Below are positions 1 through 9,153 of a stretch of 64,000 nucleotides of DNA, piece by piece; the first letter of the stretch is position 1, and every line of letters begins with the position of its first letter. Under the pieces are notes generated by a model. The model did not search any database and was not told the origin of the DNA. It saw nothing but the letters and a program-made list of their open reading frames with translations. This DNA comes from a virus, in the IMG/VR virus record IMGVR_UViG_3300038417_000475, positions 1 to 64,000 of that record; one strand, 5' to 3'. The translations under genes were made by a program, and so were the position numbers.

Positions 1-441
1 TACCCTGCCAGGTTTGCCGGCGGGCTGGATCCCGAGTTGGTCGATGATTGGGTCGCCGAGGAGCTGCGGTCGCTGCGGATAGACGAGGTATTTCTCTCCG
101 CGGATTCCTACGCCGGGCTTCAAGGGCTGAAGAAAGCGGCAGAGAAGCTCTCCTTCCTGAGCGATAAATCGAAGAGGCTGCGCTGCTATGTCCTGTGCGC
201 CTATGGCTCGGACACGCCGGCCAAGGCGGAGGGGCGATTATGGCAGGTAGTCAAGGCAGGGTGTACCCCTTTTGCCCAGCTCTACCAGCCCCCGGATAAA
301 TTTGTGGAGTACTCCCAGGAATGGCAGGACCTGGCGCGGAAATTTATGCGCCCTGCGATAGTGGCTGCCTTGAAGCGGAAAAGGGAGCGGGCTGCTGATA
401 AGTTAGGTAACCTCCGGGGTGGACGGTCACTCGAGGGGTAA
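1..441 (+). CDS. C-terminal part of a radical-SAM-like phage protein (5' truncated by window edge)
   Basis: Open frame from the window start with GLDP...EVFLSADS...YVL...PFAQLY, resembling the C-terminal half of phage radical SAM proteins; the CxxxCxxC motif is not visible. Confidence 0.4.
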   Translation, partial: YPARFAGGLDPELVDDWVAEELRSLRIDEVFLSADSYAGLQGLKKAAEKLSFLSDKSKRLRCYVLCAYGSDTPAKAEGRLWQVVKAGCTPFAQLYQPPDKFVEYSQEWQDLARKFMRPAIVAALKRKRERAADKLGNLRGGRSLEG

Positions 442-455
442 ACTGGCAGAGGTTA

Positions 456-794
456 ATGTACCTGGTGTGGACGGTAAACAAGATGGGTAAAACCATTACC
501 CGCTTCCCCTTTCAGCCTGAATGGGAGCAGAAGATGCTCAGTGGCGAAAAAACGTGTACCTCCAGGAGGACGGTCTTCGGTCTGGCGGGTGATACGTTTG
601 TCGCCTTTGGCCAGCGGTATCTGATCACCAAGGTAGAGGAGCGATCCCTGGAGGATGTCGCCAGAAACCTCTACCGTCAGGAAGGGTGTCAGAATGTCTC
701 CGAGTTCGTCGGCTGGTGGAATAAGCTCCATCCAAGGCGGGGCTTCCAGCTGAAGCAGGTGGTATTTGTCCACCATTTCAGGAGGCTCGAATGA
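456..794 (+). CDS. ASCH/PUA-like domain protein
   Basis: F..EW...MLSGEKTCTSR and 'YRQEG...EF...W..LH...VFVHHF' pattern typical of ASCH domains. Confidence 0.7.
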   Translation: MYLVWTVNKMGKTITRFPFQPEWEQKMLSGEKTCTSRRTVFGLAGDTFVAFGQRYLITKVEERSLEDVARNLYRQEGCQNVSEFVGWWNKLHPRRGFQLKQVVFVHHFRRLE

Positions 795-970
795 AGCTTA
801 TTACAAGGGGAGATAGAGTGCTGTTAGATTGCACAAGGGTGGAAGCATTGTTAATCAAAGATGCCATTCATGATTTTGCAGACTATCGAAAAGAAACAGA
901 GTCATGGGACTCACAAGTAGATGGCCTTATCACAGCGAACATGAACAAGAAATTAGAGGGTGTAGCTTGA
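791..970 (+). CDS. hypothetical protein, 59 aa (not in ORF track)
   Basis: ATG overlaps the upstream stop, GGAGG upstream, and its TGA overlaps the TTG at 967. Confidence 0.45.
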   Translation: MKLITRGDRVLLDCTRVEALLIKDAIHDFADYRKETESWDSQVDGLITANMNKKLEGVA

Positions 971-1935
971 TTGTGCCGGCAGATGGCGAGCTAAGGGAAA
1001 TGATTGAAAGGGGCTTAGGGCCAGGGACCTTTGCCACGAGGGGTCTTAACCCCTGGGAAGATTATACCGAGACAAAGTCCGGGCTTCTTGTTCCAGGTCA
1101 TGTGGTACAGAAACCTGAGTGGCCGACTGGCGTCGACTTATTTAGCGGGGCTGGCGGATTCAGCCTCGGCTTGATGAGAGCCGGCTTTAGAATTGCTGGC
1201 TGTATAGACAATGATCCCGTTTGTATGCTTACTTACCTGGTTAATCTGGGAAGCCCCAGGACGAAGATATACTTCGTAGAGCCAGAAGATGAAGCCAGAT
1301 GGGAAAGGCTTATCAAACGCCAGTTGAAGGAAGAGAAGCGAGCTGCGGCTAACAATAAAAACGAAGAAGCACAGCATTTCTATGATTGGGACGTGGAAAA
1401 CCTGGAGAAGAGAAACTGGGGTTTTCAGCACCGGCATTATAGTGAGGTTCCGGAATCCCAGGCGGTCGAGGTCGCTGTTCTCGGTGATGCTCGAAAGATA
1501 ACCGGCGAACATTTCCTGGAACTTTTGGGTATGGAGATGGGAGAGATCGATTGTATTTGCGGCGGGCCGCCATGCCAGGGTTTCACCACTGTTGGGAAAC
1601 GGCAGGTCATGGATCCGAGAAATAGCCTGGTCTTTGAATGGGCCCGACTCGTGGTCGAGATGAAACCGAAGACCTGCATCATGGAAAATGTTCCGGGGAT
1701 CGTCAGTATGGTGACTCCGGAAGGGCTGCCTATACTCGATGTGCTGGCCAAGATACTCCAGGATGGCGGAATGGGCCCGGCTGACGCTCTGCGGAAAATG
1801 CTCATACAGACTTCGGGAGCTGGAGCCGTTATCAGTTCAAGCGGGACGCCAGCGAAACCCGGAGCCCCCAAGAAGCTGAAGAAAGAACAGGTTAGAAAAC
1901 AACAGGTTAAGGAGGTACAGCCAAGCCTACTATGA
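967..1935 (+). CDS. DNA (cytosine-5)-methyltransferase, N-terminal catalytic half only
   Basis: Motif I DLFSGAGG, motif IV GGPPCQGF, motif VI ENVPG; motifs VIII-X and the TRD are not seen. Start placed at TTG 967 after GAGGG. Confidence 0.8.
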   Translation: MIVPADGELREMIERGLGPGTFATRGLNPWEDYTETKSGLLVPGHVVQKPEWPTGVDLFSGAGGFSLGLMRAGFRIAGCIDNDPVCMLTYLVNLGSPRTKIYFVEPEDEARWERLIKRQLKEEKRAAANNKNEEAQHFYDWDVENLEKRNWGFQHRHYSEVPESQAVEVAVLGDARKITGEHFLELLGMEMGEIDCICGGPPCQGFTTVGKRQVMDPRNSLVFEWARLVVEMKPKTCIMENVPGIVSMVTPEGLPILDVLAKILQDGGMGPADALRKMLIQTSGAGAVISSSGTPAKPGAPKKLKKEQVRKQQVKEVQPSLL

Positions 1936-2132
1936 GCAAGCCCATTGTGGGTGACCGAATACGAATCAATAACACCGCCCGCGAATTCTTTCGAGGCAAG
2001 GAAGGTATAGTCTCTGAGATCGGTGATGGGCCCTGGGGCTATCGCGTGGTAGATGTGAACGGGTATTGGGTAGAAAACTTCAAGGATACCGAAATAGAGG
2101 TTCAGAAAAGCTCTGTTGTGCGAAGTGGATGA
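1932..2132 (+). CDS. small KOW/SH3-like hypothetical protein
   Basis: VGDRIRI...GKEGIVSEI pattern; ATGA overlap with the upstream gene. Confidence 0.5.
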   Translation: MSKPIVGDRIRINNTAREFFRGKEGIVSEIGDGPWGYRVVDVNGYWVENFKDTEIEVQKSSVVRSG

Positions 2133-2133
2133 C

Positions 2134-2376
2134 ATGAGAGCAGAAAGATTCTGGAACTGGGCCAAAGAGAGAATTAACGAAGATGGCGAGCTCGAGAGGT
2201 TCTGCCCAAAGTGTCAGGAGTGGTGGCCGGCAGACCGTGAGTTCTTTTATAGCTCTGGCCCTAATGGGAAGGAGCTTCACTCTTGGTGTAAGGCTTGCTA
2301 TAACGAATGGAGAAATTCTCGAAGGGAAACCATGCGCGGTACGGTGCGAACCATGAGGGAAACCGGTGCGCATTGA
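2134..2376 (+). CDS. zinc-finger protein
   Basis: CPKC...EFF...HSWCKAC. Confidence 0.55.
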   Translation: MRAERFWNWAKERINEDGELERFCPKCQEWWPADREFFYSSGPNGKELHSWCKACYNEWRNSRRETMRGTVRTMRETGAH

Positions 2377-2384
2377 GGAGGTTT

Positions 2385-3032
2385 ATGGAACTGGTAGTCA
2401 GAAAAAGTATCATTGATGGGGTCTTTCAAAGCCACTTGAAGCGGTGGAAGAACGCCGCAAACCAGGACGGTCTCAAGGATAATATCTCGTTCAAAGAGAG
2501 TGAAGTCTGCAAAACTACTGTCGCCAGGCTTCAGGCTCTCAATGAGAGGAATCCCGGAGCAGTGGCGTTCATTGCAAGTCAGAGCCGATTTGCCCGTGAT
2601 GTTCTAGAGGGGTTTATAACAAAGACTGTACCAAGGCCGAAAGAGAAAGCCGCCCAAGAGGAGATCGAAGTGGGTATCGCCTATATGAACGCCATTGTGA
2701 TTGATGGCATGGTCAGTCTGGTAGAGGCATTTGAGAAGGAATTCTTCGCTCAGCACATGGAGAGCCTGATGGGAGACGCTAGGCTCTCTGAATCCGGCAC
2801 CGTCTGGCCGGCCAAGGTAGAAACGCCCGCCTCCGCGCCTTACTGCACAGAGGATACCCCATGTTGCGATCGCCGGGGCAAGCCAGGTCGCGGCAACTGC
2901 CCTGTACTCTGCCCCTGTCATGCCTGCTCGAAAGAGAATCCATGCTGCGACCGCCAGGGCGAATACAATGGTTTTAACTCCGGCTTCGATCGGTTATTCA
3001 CCTGCCCGAATGGGTGTAGCTGCCATGACTGA
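2385..3032 (+). CDS. hypothetical protein with duplicated Cys-rich C-terminal repeat
   Basis: GAGGAGG RBS; CTEDTPCCDRRG...CPCH and CSKENPCCDRQG...CSCH. Confidence 0.6.
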   Translation: MELVVRKSIIDGVFQSHLKRWKNAANQDGLKDNISFKESEVCKTTVARLQALNERNPGAVAFIASQSRFARDVLEGFITKTVPRPKEKAAQEEIEVGIAYMNAIVIDGMVSLVEAFEKEFFAQHMESLMGDARLSESGTVWPAKVETPASAPYCTEDTPCCDRRGKPGRGNCPVLCPCHACSKENPCCDRQGEYNGFNSGFDRLFTCPNGCSCHD

Positions 3033-3246
3033 GAAGAAATACTGTTGCAAATTCTGCAACGGAGAGCTTGTCTTGAAGATCAACAGGCACAAAAAGGCTC
3101 ATGCGGATAGAATTGGGAACATTGTTTTAGATGATCCTGTAGTAGTGGTAGATACACCTTACTATGAATGTTCTGCCTGTGGCTTTACATACACAACCAA
3201 AGAGATTGAAGGCAAATGGAGAGAGGATAAGGTGGTAGAACCATGA
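3025..3246 (+). CDS. zinc-ribbon protein
   Basis: CKFC...CSAC. Confidence 0.5.
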   Translation: MTEKKYCCKFCNGELVLKINRHKKAHADRIGNIVLDDPVVVVDTPYYECSACGFTYTTKEIEGKWREDKVVEP

Positions 3247-3476
3247 CTATGCCCGGTTTTGTTCTCCTGCCGGCAAAGCCAGGGACCTGCCCTGAATGTG
3301 CCGTAGAACACGAGCCGACATACCCTCACAATAAGCAAAGCCTGTATTACCAGTATCACTTCTATGCTGAACATAAGCGGTGGCCGACCTGGGAAGATGC
3401 TATGGCCCATTGCTCCGATGAGATGAAGGCGTTCTGTCGCCAAGAGCTAACTGCTGCCGGAGAGAAGTTGTCATAA
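3243..3476 (+). CDS. conserved phage hypothetical protein
   Basis: CPECAVEH.P..PHN..SLYYQY.F....RWPTW.DAMAHC; ATGA coupling. Confidence 0.6.
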   Translation: MTMPGFVLLPAKPGTCPECAVEHEPTYPHNKQSLYYQYHFYAEHKRWPTWEDAMAHCSDEMKAFCRQELTAAGEKLS

Positions 3477-3484
3477 GGAGGATT

Positions 3485-3733
3485 ATGGAACGTCATGAGA
3501 GCCCCAAGATCCCTACAGGCCCGAAAACACAGATAACTGTTGAGGGGGATTTCTTTCCCCGAGGCGGCTTCAAGACCGCCTATTGTAAGGGAGCTCTAGC
3601 CTGGCGTGAGGGTAAGAACCTCACTGAAAACCCATATCCTCTGAAGGGAAATTGCTGCTGGTATAGGCAATGGGAGCGAGGTTGGCATGGGGCTGAAAGC
3701 GGAGCAGTTACCTTCAAGGAAGTATCATGCTGA
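3485..3733 (+). CDS. ribosome modulation factor-like protein
   Basis: AY.KG..A...G.....NPY.......W.RGW matches the RMF-like pattern. Confidence 0.5.
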   Translation: MERHESPKIPTGPKTQITVEGDFFPRGGFKTAYCKGALAWREGKNLTENPYPLKGNCCWYRQWERGWHGAESGAVTFKEVSC

Positions 3734-4242
3734 AAACAGCGGTCTTCTCCCCCGACCGGAGGTACCGCTATGCCCTGTGGCGCATCTGGGATATGCGGAA
3801 GCCTGTTTGTATGTTCATCGGTTTGAATCCCAGCACAGCCAACGAGATTAAGGACGATCCGACAACCATACGCTGTATGGGGTTTGCGGCAAGCTGGGGG
3901 TATGGTGGGCACTGTATGGCCAATATGTATGGGTTGGTATCCCGCGACCCTCATGCCCTGAGTATTGGGGACCCGATAGGCCCGGAGAATGATGCCTGGC
4001 TTTTCTATCTAGCTGCTGCGTCGCCAATGGTGGTAGCCTGTTGGGGGCAGATCTGGAAAGATGAGGATGGAAGAAGAGAAGCAGTCATAAAGCTGGTCCC
4101 TAATCTCTACTGCCTGGGGATTACAAAAACTAGGCAACCGAAGCATCCGTTATTTTTACCGCGAGGCACCAAACCGGTGCCATTCCCTGGGAGGTACCTG
4201 GAGGATTATTCCCCTCAACTCAGGTCCCCTCCAGCTTGGTGA
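3727..4242 (+). CDS. DUF1643 domain protein
   Basis: YRYALWRIW, FIGLNPSTA, DDPT, VACWG, PKHPL. Confidence 0.85.
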   Translation: MLKTAVFSPDRRYRYALWRIWDMRKPVCMFIGLNPSTANEIKDDPTTIRCMGFAASWGYGGHCMANMYGLVSRDPHALSIGDPIGPENDAWLFYLAAASPMVVACWGQIWKDEDGRREAVIKLVPNLYCLGITKTRQPKHPLFLPRGTKPVPFPGRYLEDYSPQLRSPPAW

Positions 4243-4247
4243 ACTGT

Positions 4248-4514
4248 ATGCCTAGATTTGCTGTCGCCATTCTCTATCAGAAGATCCCTAAGTACGACAG
4301 GGTGATTTTAGACCACGGTAAGACCCTCCGTTATTTTCAGGGTGATGTGGAGGTAATGAATTGCGATGCCGGGGTTATCCTTACTCCGGAACTGGGGTTA
4401 GACCTTGAATTCGTCGAGGCTGGTAGTGCTGAAGAGGCGATGAAAGATATGATGGATCACTTTGGTAGTCATATCCTCAGAGTAACCGCGAGGGAGGTAG
4501 TCAATGACCGTTGA
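4248..4514 (+). CDS. hypothetical protein
   Basis: ORF in a tightly packed + strand run. Confidence 0.45.
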   Translation: MPRFAVAILYQKIPKYDRVILDHGKTLRYFQGDVEVMNCDAGVILTPELGLDLEFVEAGSAEEAMKDMMDHFGSHILRVTAREVVNDR

Positions 4515-4875
4515 ACAGTTTCTTGAAAGAGCGAGAGAGAAAAGTCCTATCCTTGCCCTGGGTATCTTGCTGGACCTGATGCAGCTCCTGGATGAGTACG
4601 AGAGTGAGAAATGCTCCGTTTTGGTCGGCAAGATGCGGGAGGAGCTGCGAAAGACTGGAGAGCTGCCGGAAGAAGAACCTGGGAAGACTGGAGGGCTTGA
4701 AGATGTGGAGATCTGGACGTGTACCCTCTGCCAGGAGACGTTCCACATGATTCTGATAAGCCATGATGGCATCGCGCGGCGATATCGCCCCCTTGAGGAA
4801 GACAAGGAGCTGTACAAAGAACATACGGAACGCCACCAGGCAGAGCATGAAGCCTGGGGCTATACTGTCACATAG
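4504..4875 (+). CDS. hypothetical protein (CxxC...HxxxH)
   Basis: GGAGGT RBS, packed operon. Confidence 0.55.
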   Translation: MTVEQFLERAREKSPILALGILLDLMQLLDEYESEKCSVLVGKMREELRKTGELPEEEPGKTGGLEDVEIWTCTLCQETFHMILISHDGIARRYRPLEEDKELYKEHTERHQAEHEAWGYTVT

Positions 4876-4884
4876 GAGGCAATA

Positions 4885-5271
4885 ATGATTAGGCTAGATC
4901 CGAATAAGCATCGCCATTATACGCCTGGTGAAGTACTCCATCTCAAAGTAGTTTCTATGCAAGAAACACGCCCTGGCTGGTGGGTGCTGAAAGTCGATGA
5001 TGTGACACCCCTGCCGGGTGCCGAACCAGATGGCTACGGCTGTCATATCTGCGGCATTATCGACAATGCCAAAGAAGACGGAGGCCTCCCGGATGGTTGG
5101 ACAGAGAAGAAGTTCCAGGAAGGTTCCTGCTTTGTCTGCTCGAAATGTCAGGACCAGCCGATTTGCAAAGTCTGTGGCTGTACTGATGAAGGGGCATGTC
5201 AAACTGCGGAGGGGTCCTGCCACTGGGTTGAACCTGACCTTTGTTCGGCATGTGCGGGAAAACCAAAATGA
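4885..5271 (+). CDS. Cys-rich zinc-binding hypothetical protein
   Basis: CKVCGCTD...C....C.WVE.DLCSAC motif common in phage proteins; AGGAGG RBS. Confidence 0.65.
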   Translation: MIRLDPNKHRHYTPGEVLHLKVVSMQETRPGWWVLKVDDVTPLPGAEPDGYGCHICGIIDNAKEDGGLPDGWTEKKFQEGSCFVCSKCQDQPICKVCGCTDEGACQTAEGSCHWVEPDLCSACAGKPK

Positions 5272-5326
5272 TAAACCCGTGGAGCCAACAGGCTTGAGAA
5301 AACTAAACGCAGTGAGCGGAGTGTGA

Positions 5327-5710
5327 ATGATGGCAGTCTATAGAAGCGCAGTATGCCCTCTCTGTGGTATCTCTCACGGGAAGCGGGTCACCAGGCGAAT
5401 GGAGGGCAGACCTGACATCAAGCTGGAGACAGCGAACTTCTGGACGGGAGTCCAGGACTTTGACCCGGATAAGCCCCTGGGGGTCATCCAGGAAACCACC
5501 GGGAGGGGTAGCTTCCGGACCATCGGCCATTTTGGGCCCGAGGACGATCCTGATGGCTACTTCCCCCTGATTAAAGCCAGGCTGCTCAATGCCTTGAGGG
5601 AATGGGTTGCCAAAGGCTGGATAACGGTGGATGAAGCCCATGATGCGGCCAGGGGAGTCACCTTTACCGCTGCGGAGCTGCAACCTCTGGCTAAGAAACG
5701 GAAGAGGTAA
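5327..5710 (+). CDS. hypothetical protein
   Basis: ORF with CPLC; its stop overlaps the next start. Confidence 0.55.
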   Translation: MMAVYRSAVCPLCGISHGKRVTRRMEGRPDIKLETANFWTGVQDFDPDKPLGVIQETTGRGSFRTIGHFGPEDDPDGYFPLIKARLLNALREWVAKGWITVDEAHDAARGVTFTAAELQPLAKKRKR

Positions 5711-6243
5711 TGGAACCGCCACAACTCGATATCACCAAAGCGACCGATGCAGAGATAGAGGCGTTCATCGAATCCATCCACCAGGCCGGCGTGAGGATCA
5801 AGTTTAATATCCGCCTCACGCAGGAGAGTTTTAACGAGTTCTTTGCAGGCTTTAAGTGCCAGCATTGCGGAGTCTGTTGCGCCGGCCTCCCCAATTCCAA
5901 ACCGCCGGTAGGAATCCTGCTGCGGCCTGAAGAGGTGGTATCCCTGGCGGCAGAGAAGAGGGTATCATCCAAGAAATTCAAGGAGGCCTATACCTTCACT
6001 GTCACCGGCCGCAGGGAGCGGTTCATGAAATACCCTTGTCCCTTTTTCTCCGCTGATAAGCAACACCATTGCTCTATCTATGCCAGGCGGCCAGCTGTCT
6101 GTCACTACTTCCCCCTGGCGGGCATGCTGCGGGGCAATGTTTACATAATGGAGATCGACAGCGATTGCCCAGAGGCCCGCAGGGTTGCCTGCGGGATAGC
6201 CAGGCAGATTAGAGACTCCAAGCGTAATCTATTGACAACGTAA
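5710..6243 (+). CDS. YkgJ-family (CxxCxxCC) cysteine cluster protein
   Basis: FKCQHCGVCC, CPFF, CSIYARRPAVCHYFP. Confidence 0.85.
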   Translation: MEPPQLDITKATDAEIEAFIESIHQAGVRIKFNIRLTQESFNEFFAGFKCQHCGVCCAGLPNSKPPVGILLRPEEVVSLAAEKRVSSKKFKEAYTFTVTGRRERFMKYPCPFFSADKQHHCSIYARRPAVCHYFPLAGMLRGNVYIMEIDSDCPEARRVACGIARQIRDSKRNLLTT

Positions 6244-6261
6244 GAACCGTTCCCCTAATCT
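6232..6261 (+). promoter_or_regulatory. class B promoter TTGACA-N18-TAATCT with AACG-N7-CGTT dyad
   Basis: TTGACAACGTAAGAACCGTTCCCCTAATCT; the same architecture recurs at 37506, 39455, 50171, 55067, 62200 and 62260. Confidence 0.7.
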
Positions 6262-6320
6262 ACCATCAGCGCCCATTTCCGCCGGGAGGCTTATTTTGTC
6301 AAAAATGCCGAGGTGGATAG

Positions 6321-6941
6321 ATGAAAACGGTCAACAGAGGTAAGCTGCTCAAGGATGCCCAGGCCGGCCTCCTGGAGGGCAAGGTTATCATTGCCCCCGA
6401 CCCCATGCGCGACTCCATCACCACTCCGAGGATGAACTGGCTGCCGGTCCGGGTCAAGAAAGGCTATGGGGATTTCGTCGACGGGTACCTGAACCTCCTG
6501 GAGCTGGATTTCAAGTCCCACACAGGCCATGCTAGTGAGGATGAGCATGGTATAATTCACCTCCATGTTCATTCCAACTCGTCCATGGAGCTGCGATATA
6601 AAGCTATACCACCCAAGTGGGCTAAAAAACCGGAACCTATACCACCCGTGCAGGTGGAGATCTGGTACTGGAGAGACACCAAGTACTTGGCAGGAAACGT
6701 GCCAACAGCCCTTGAGCTCCAAAGAGACTATGCCGTGATGTGGCGCGGTACCCAGGCTGGTGTCATCAATGTAGACCGGTTGTTTTCGGATGTGAACCAG
6801 CACCCGGAGAATTACTTCAGCCAGGCTGATGTCAAACAGAAGCTCCAACCGCATCCTCATACATCGATGTCAGTGGGCGATATCATAGTAGTCAACGGCA
6901 GGAAATTCCTCTGCCAATTTCATGGCTGGAAGGAGATCTAA
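6321..6941 (+). CDS. protein with C-terminal YodL-like domain
   Basis: HTSMSVGDIIVV....LCQFHGW resembles the YodL SxSVxDVV motif. Confidence 0.55.
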   Translation: MKTVNRGKLLKDAQAGLLEGKVIIAPDPMRDSITTPRMNWLPVRVKKGYGDFVDGYLNLLELDFKSHTGHASEDEHGIIHLHVHSNSSMELRYKAIPPKWAKKPEPIPPVQVEIWYWRDTKYLAGNVPTALELQRDYAVMWRGTQAGVINVDRLFSDVNQHPENYFSQADVKQKLQPHPHTSMSVGDIIVVNGRKFLCQFHGWKEI

Positions 6942-7352
6942 ATGGAGAAAGAAGAGAAGGACTGCCCGGGCAGTTGCGTCGGTGCCGGCATTATGCTCGC
7001 CAGGCAAGCCTGGGAGAACCCGGAGCTCACCACTATGCTGTGGGCAGACAATGTAAGGAGTTTGGTCCGTCCGGAAGACCTCCAGGTGCCTCACTCGGAA
7101 CTCGCGGTGCACATAAAGGCTGCTGGCGCTGACGTCATAGCCTGGATGGTGGGGAAGAATAGCTCACATGTTGTCTGGAAAGGTAAGGATGGCTGCTGCG
7201 GCTATGCTGCCGGCGCGGAAACCGAGCTCCTGACCCCTGCCCTGGTCAGCAAAACCAGAGAGATGTTCCCCAAGATCCCGGGAAGCGATCAGGTGCAGCT
7301 CCCCACGGGGGTTGAGTGGACCGCCGAAGACGTAATGAGAAGGGAAGGATAG
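6942..7352 (+). CDS. hypothetical protein
   Basis: AAGGAG RBS, abuts neighbouring genes. Confidence 0.55.
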   Translation: MEKEEKDCPGSCVGAGIMLARQAWENPELTTMLWADNVRSLVRPEDLQVPHSELAVHIKAAGADVIAWMVGKNSSHVVWKGKDGCCGYAAGAETELLTPALVSKTREMFPKIPGSDQVQLPTGVEWTAEDVMRREG

Positions 7353-8144
7353 ATGGAAAGAAAGCTCGGATGGCGTAAAGACAAGTTCGATGCCAGGGAT
7401 TACCTTCATTCTACGGCCTTGGTGGTCCCGCCCAGCGCCAATAACCAGGCGTATATTCCCTCGATAAGAGACCAGGGGCAGGAAGGCGCCTGCGTTGGCT
7501 TTGGCATCGGAGGCACTATCACTGCCGTACTGAAACAACTGGGCATCTACGTCGAATGGGTTTCGCCCCGGTATATCTACAACGGTGCCCGCTATATGGA
7601 AGGCACTCTGACGCAGGACTGCGGCTGCGAGCCTGGCGATGCTCTGGCCTGGTCAAAGAAAATGGGCGTCCTGCTCGAGCATTTCTGGCCCTATGTGGAT
7701 GTTCCGCTGGATACCAGTGCCCCATCGAGCAAGAGAGAAAAGGAAGCCGTCAAATACCCCAAGTTTACCTATACCCGTGTGGTAGACGGGCCCAACGGTA
7801 TCTGTTCGGCTCTGGCTGCAGGGCACATAGTCTCGATAGGAACTCCCTGGCCTGACAAATGGATGGATCCACCTAATGGGACTCTACCCGAGGTGAAAAG
7901 CTCTGATTTCGGGCAAGAGGGGCACGAGACATACCTCTTCGGCTATGATAAGACTCTGGTGACCCTCTACTCCACTGGTGTGTTCCCCTTCTTCGGGACA
8001 AATTCCTGGAGTACTGCCTGGGGTAACAAGGGGCTTTACACCATGCCATCCTCAGCCTTTGAGGTCATGAAGCAGATAGGCGGTTATGATGCGTACATCA
8101 TAACCTTCAATAAACCCAAGAAGAAGTGCCTCGGAATCTTCTAA
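7353..8144 (+). CDS. papain-like cysteine peptidase (family C1)
   Basis: RDQGQEGACVGF (Gln/Cys), GHETYLFGYD (His), NSWSTAWG (Asn). Confidence 0.9.
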   Translation: MERKLGWRKDKFDARDYLHSTALVVPPSANNQAYIPSIRDQGQEGACVGFGIGGTITAVLKQLGIYVEWVSPRYIYNGARYMEGTLTQDCGCEPGDALAWSKKMGVLLEHFWPYVDVPLDTSAPSSKREKEAVKYPKFTYTRVVDGPNGICSALAAGHIVSIGTPWPDKWMDPPNGTLPEVKSSDFGQEGHETYLFGYDKTLVTLYSTGVFPFFGTNSWSTAWGNKGLYTMPSSAFEVMKQIGGYDAYIITFNKPKKKCLGIF

Positions 8145-8153
8145 GGAGAGGAA

Positions 8154-8615
8154 ATGATTGTAGAACTCGTGACACCGCGGGCAAGGGCGGCTTATCCGGA
8201 GCTGGGCCAATGCGTCAAGGATTCTCCTTGCCTGGTACCTAAGATCTCGCTGATTCTCGAGGACCAGATCGTGCTCGGTATAGTGAGGTCGGAAAGGCGT
8301 ATCACGCGCTGGGAAACCCAAAGGGAAGAAGCCCACGAAAAAGGGGACAGAGAACAGGAACAGGGCTTGATAGTCACGATCGCCCAGGAAGAGACTTATA
8401 TCGAGGACCTGAACAGAATCTCCGAGCTGGTCCGTAATCAGGTCTGCGGCGGCGCCGGCAGCGGGAAGGCAAAAAAGAAAGCGGCGCCGGCAGAAAAGAA
8501 AGTTAAAGTGCCTGGCGGTACCGCCGTCAAGAAAGAGACGGTTAAAAAAGTCGCAAAACGGGCAGCCGAAAAAGAGTCGGGCAAAGTTACGGTCCTGCCC
8601 GGTGTGCCAGTATAA
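8154..8615 (+). CDS. hypothetical protein with Lys/Ala-rich C-terminal tail
   Basis: AAGGAG RBS; basic low-complexity tail. Confidence 0.6.
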   Translation: MIVELVTPRARAAYPELGQCVKDSPCLVPKISLILEDQIVLGIVRSERRITRWETQREEAHEKGDREQEQGLIVTIAQEETYIEDLNRISELVRNQVCGGAGSGKAKKKAAPAEKKVKVPGGTAVKKETVKKVAKRAAEKESGKVTVLPGVPV

Positions 8616-8644
8616 ATCGCCCGAAAGGGCAGAAGGAGGTTAGT

Positions 8645-9088
8645 ATGTCCTTGCTACAAGCATTTCTAAGCCAGATCGACTGGTGGGCTATCTACACGGT
8701 GATAGCTCTCATCCTGGGGTATGTCGTCATTGGCCTAGTGCTGTCAATAAAGGACGGCAAAAGCGAACTCATTACAATAGGCAAATGGATCCTGGAAGAG
8801 TTTCTTCCTATGTGCGGAGGCTATATCTTCACTGTCTTCATAGCCGCTCTTCCATCCCTGGCCCTTGCTCCGAAGTACGTCGAATGGTTCAAAACCCTGC
8901 CACTAACAATCTTCGCTTTCATTACCGCTATGCTGATAGGCAAGATTAAGGCGGCATTGCAGGAGATCTTCCCCTGGATTCCGGATATCCCGGTCATCGA
9001 GGCTGGAAGGATCAAGGCAAGAAAGGCAGCGAAGGCGGCAGCGATCGCAGCAAAAGCCAAGCCAGCAGCGGCTAGGTCGCCCACTTAA
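8645..9088 (+). CDS. membrane protein with about 3 TM segments (holin-like)
   Basis: Three hydrophobic stretches and a basic C-terminus; AAGGAGGT RBS. Confidence 0.55.
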   Translation: MSLLQAFLSQIDWWAIYTVIALILGYVVIGLVLSIKDGKSELITIGKWILEEFLPMCGGYIFTVFIAALPSLALAPKYVEWFKTLPLTIFAFITAMLIGKIKAALQEIFPWIPDIPVIEAGRIKARKAAKAAAIAAKAKPAAARSPT

Positions 9089-9118
9089 TTATTCTATTCT
9101 GACCGAATAACCGAACGA

Positions 9119-9143
9119 AGGAGGGGCCGAATAAGCCCCTCCT
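9119..9143 (+). terminator. GC-rich hairpin (terminator or processing stem)
   Basis: AGGAGGGGC-cgaataa-GCCCCTCCT; no clear U-tract. Confidence 0.35.
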
Positions 9144-9153
9144 GGAGGCGTTT

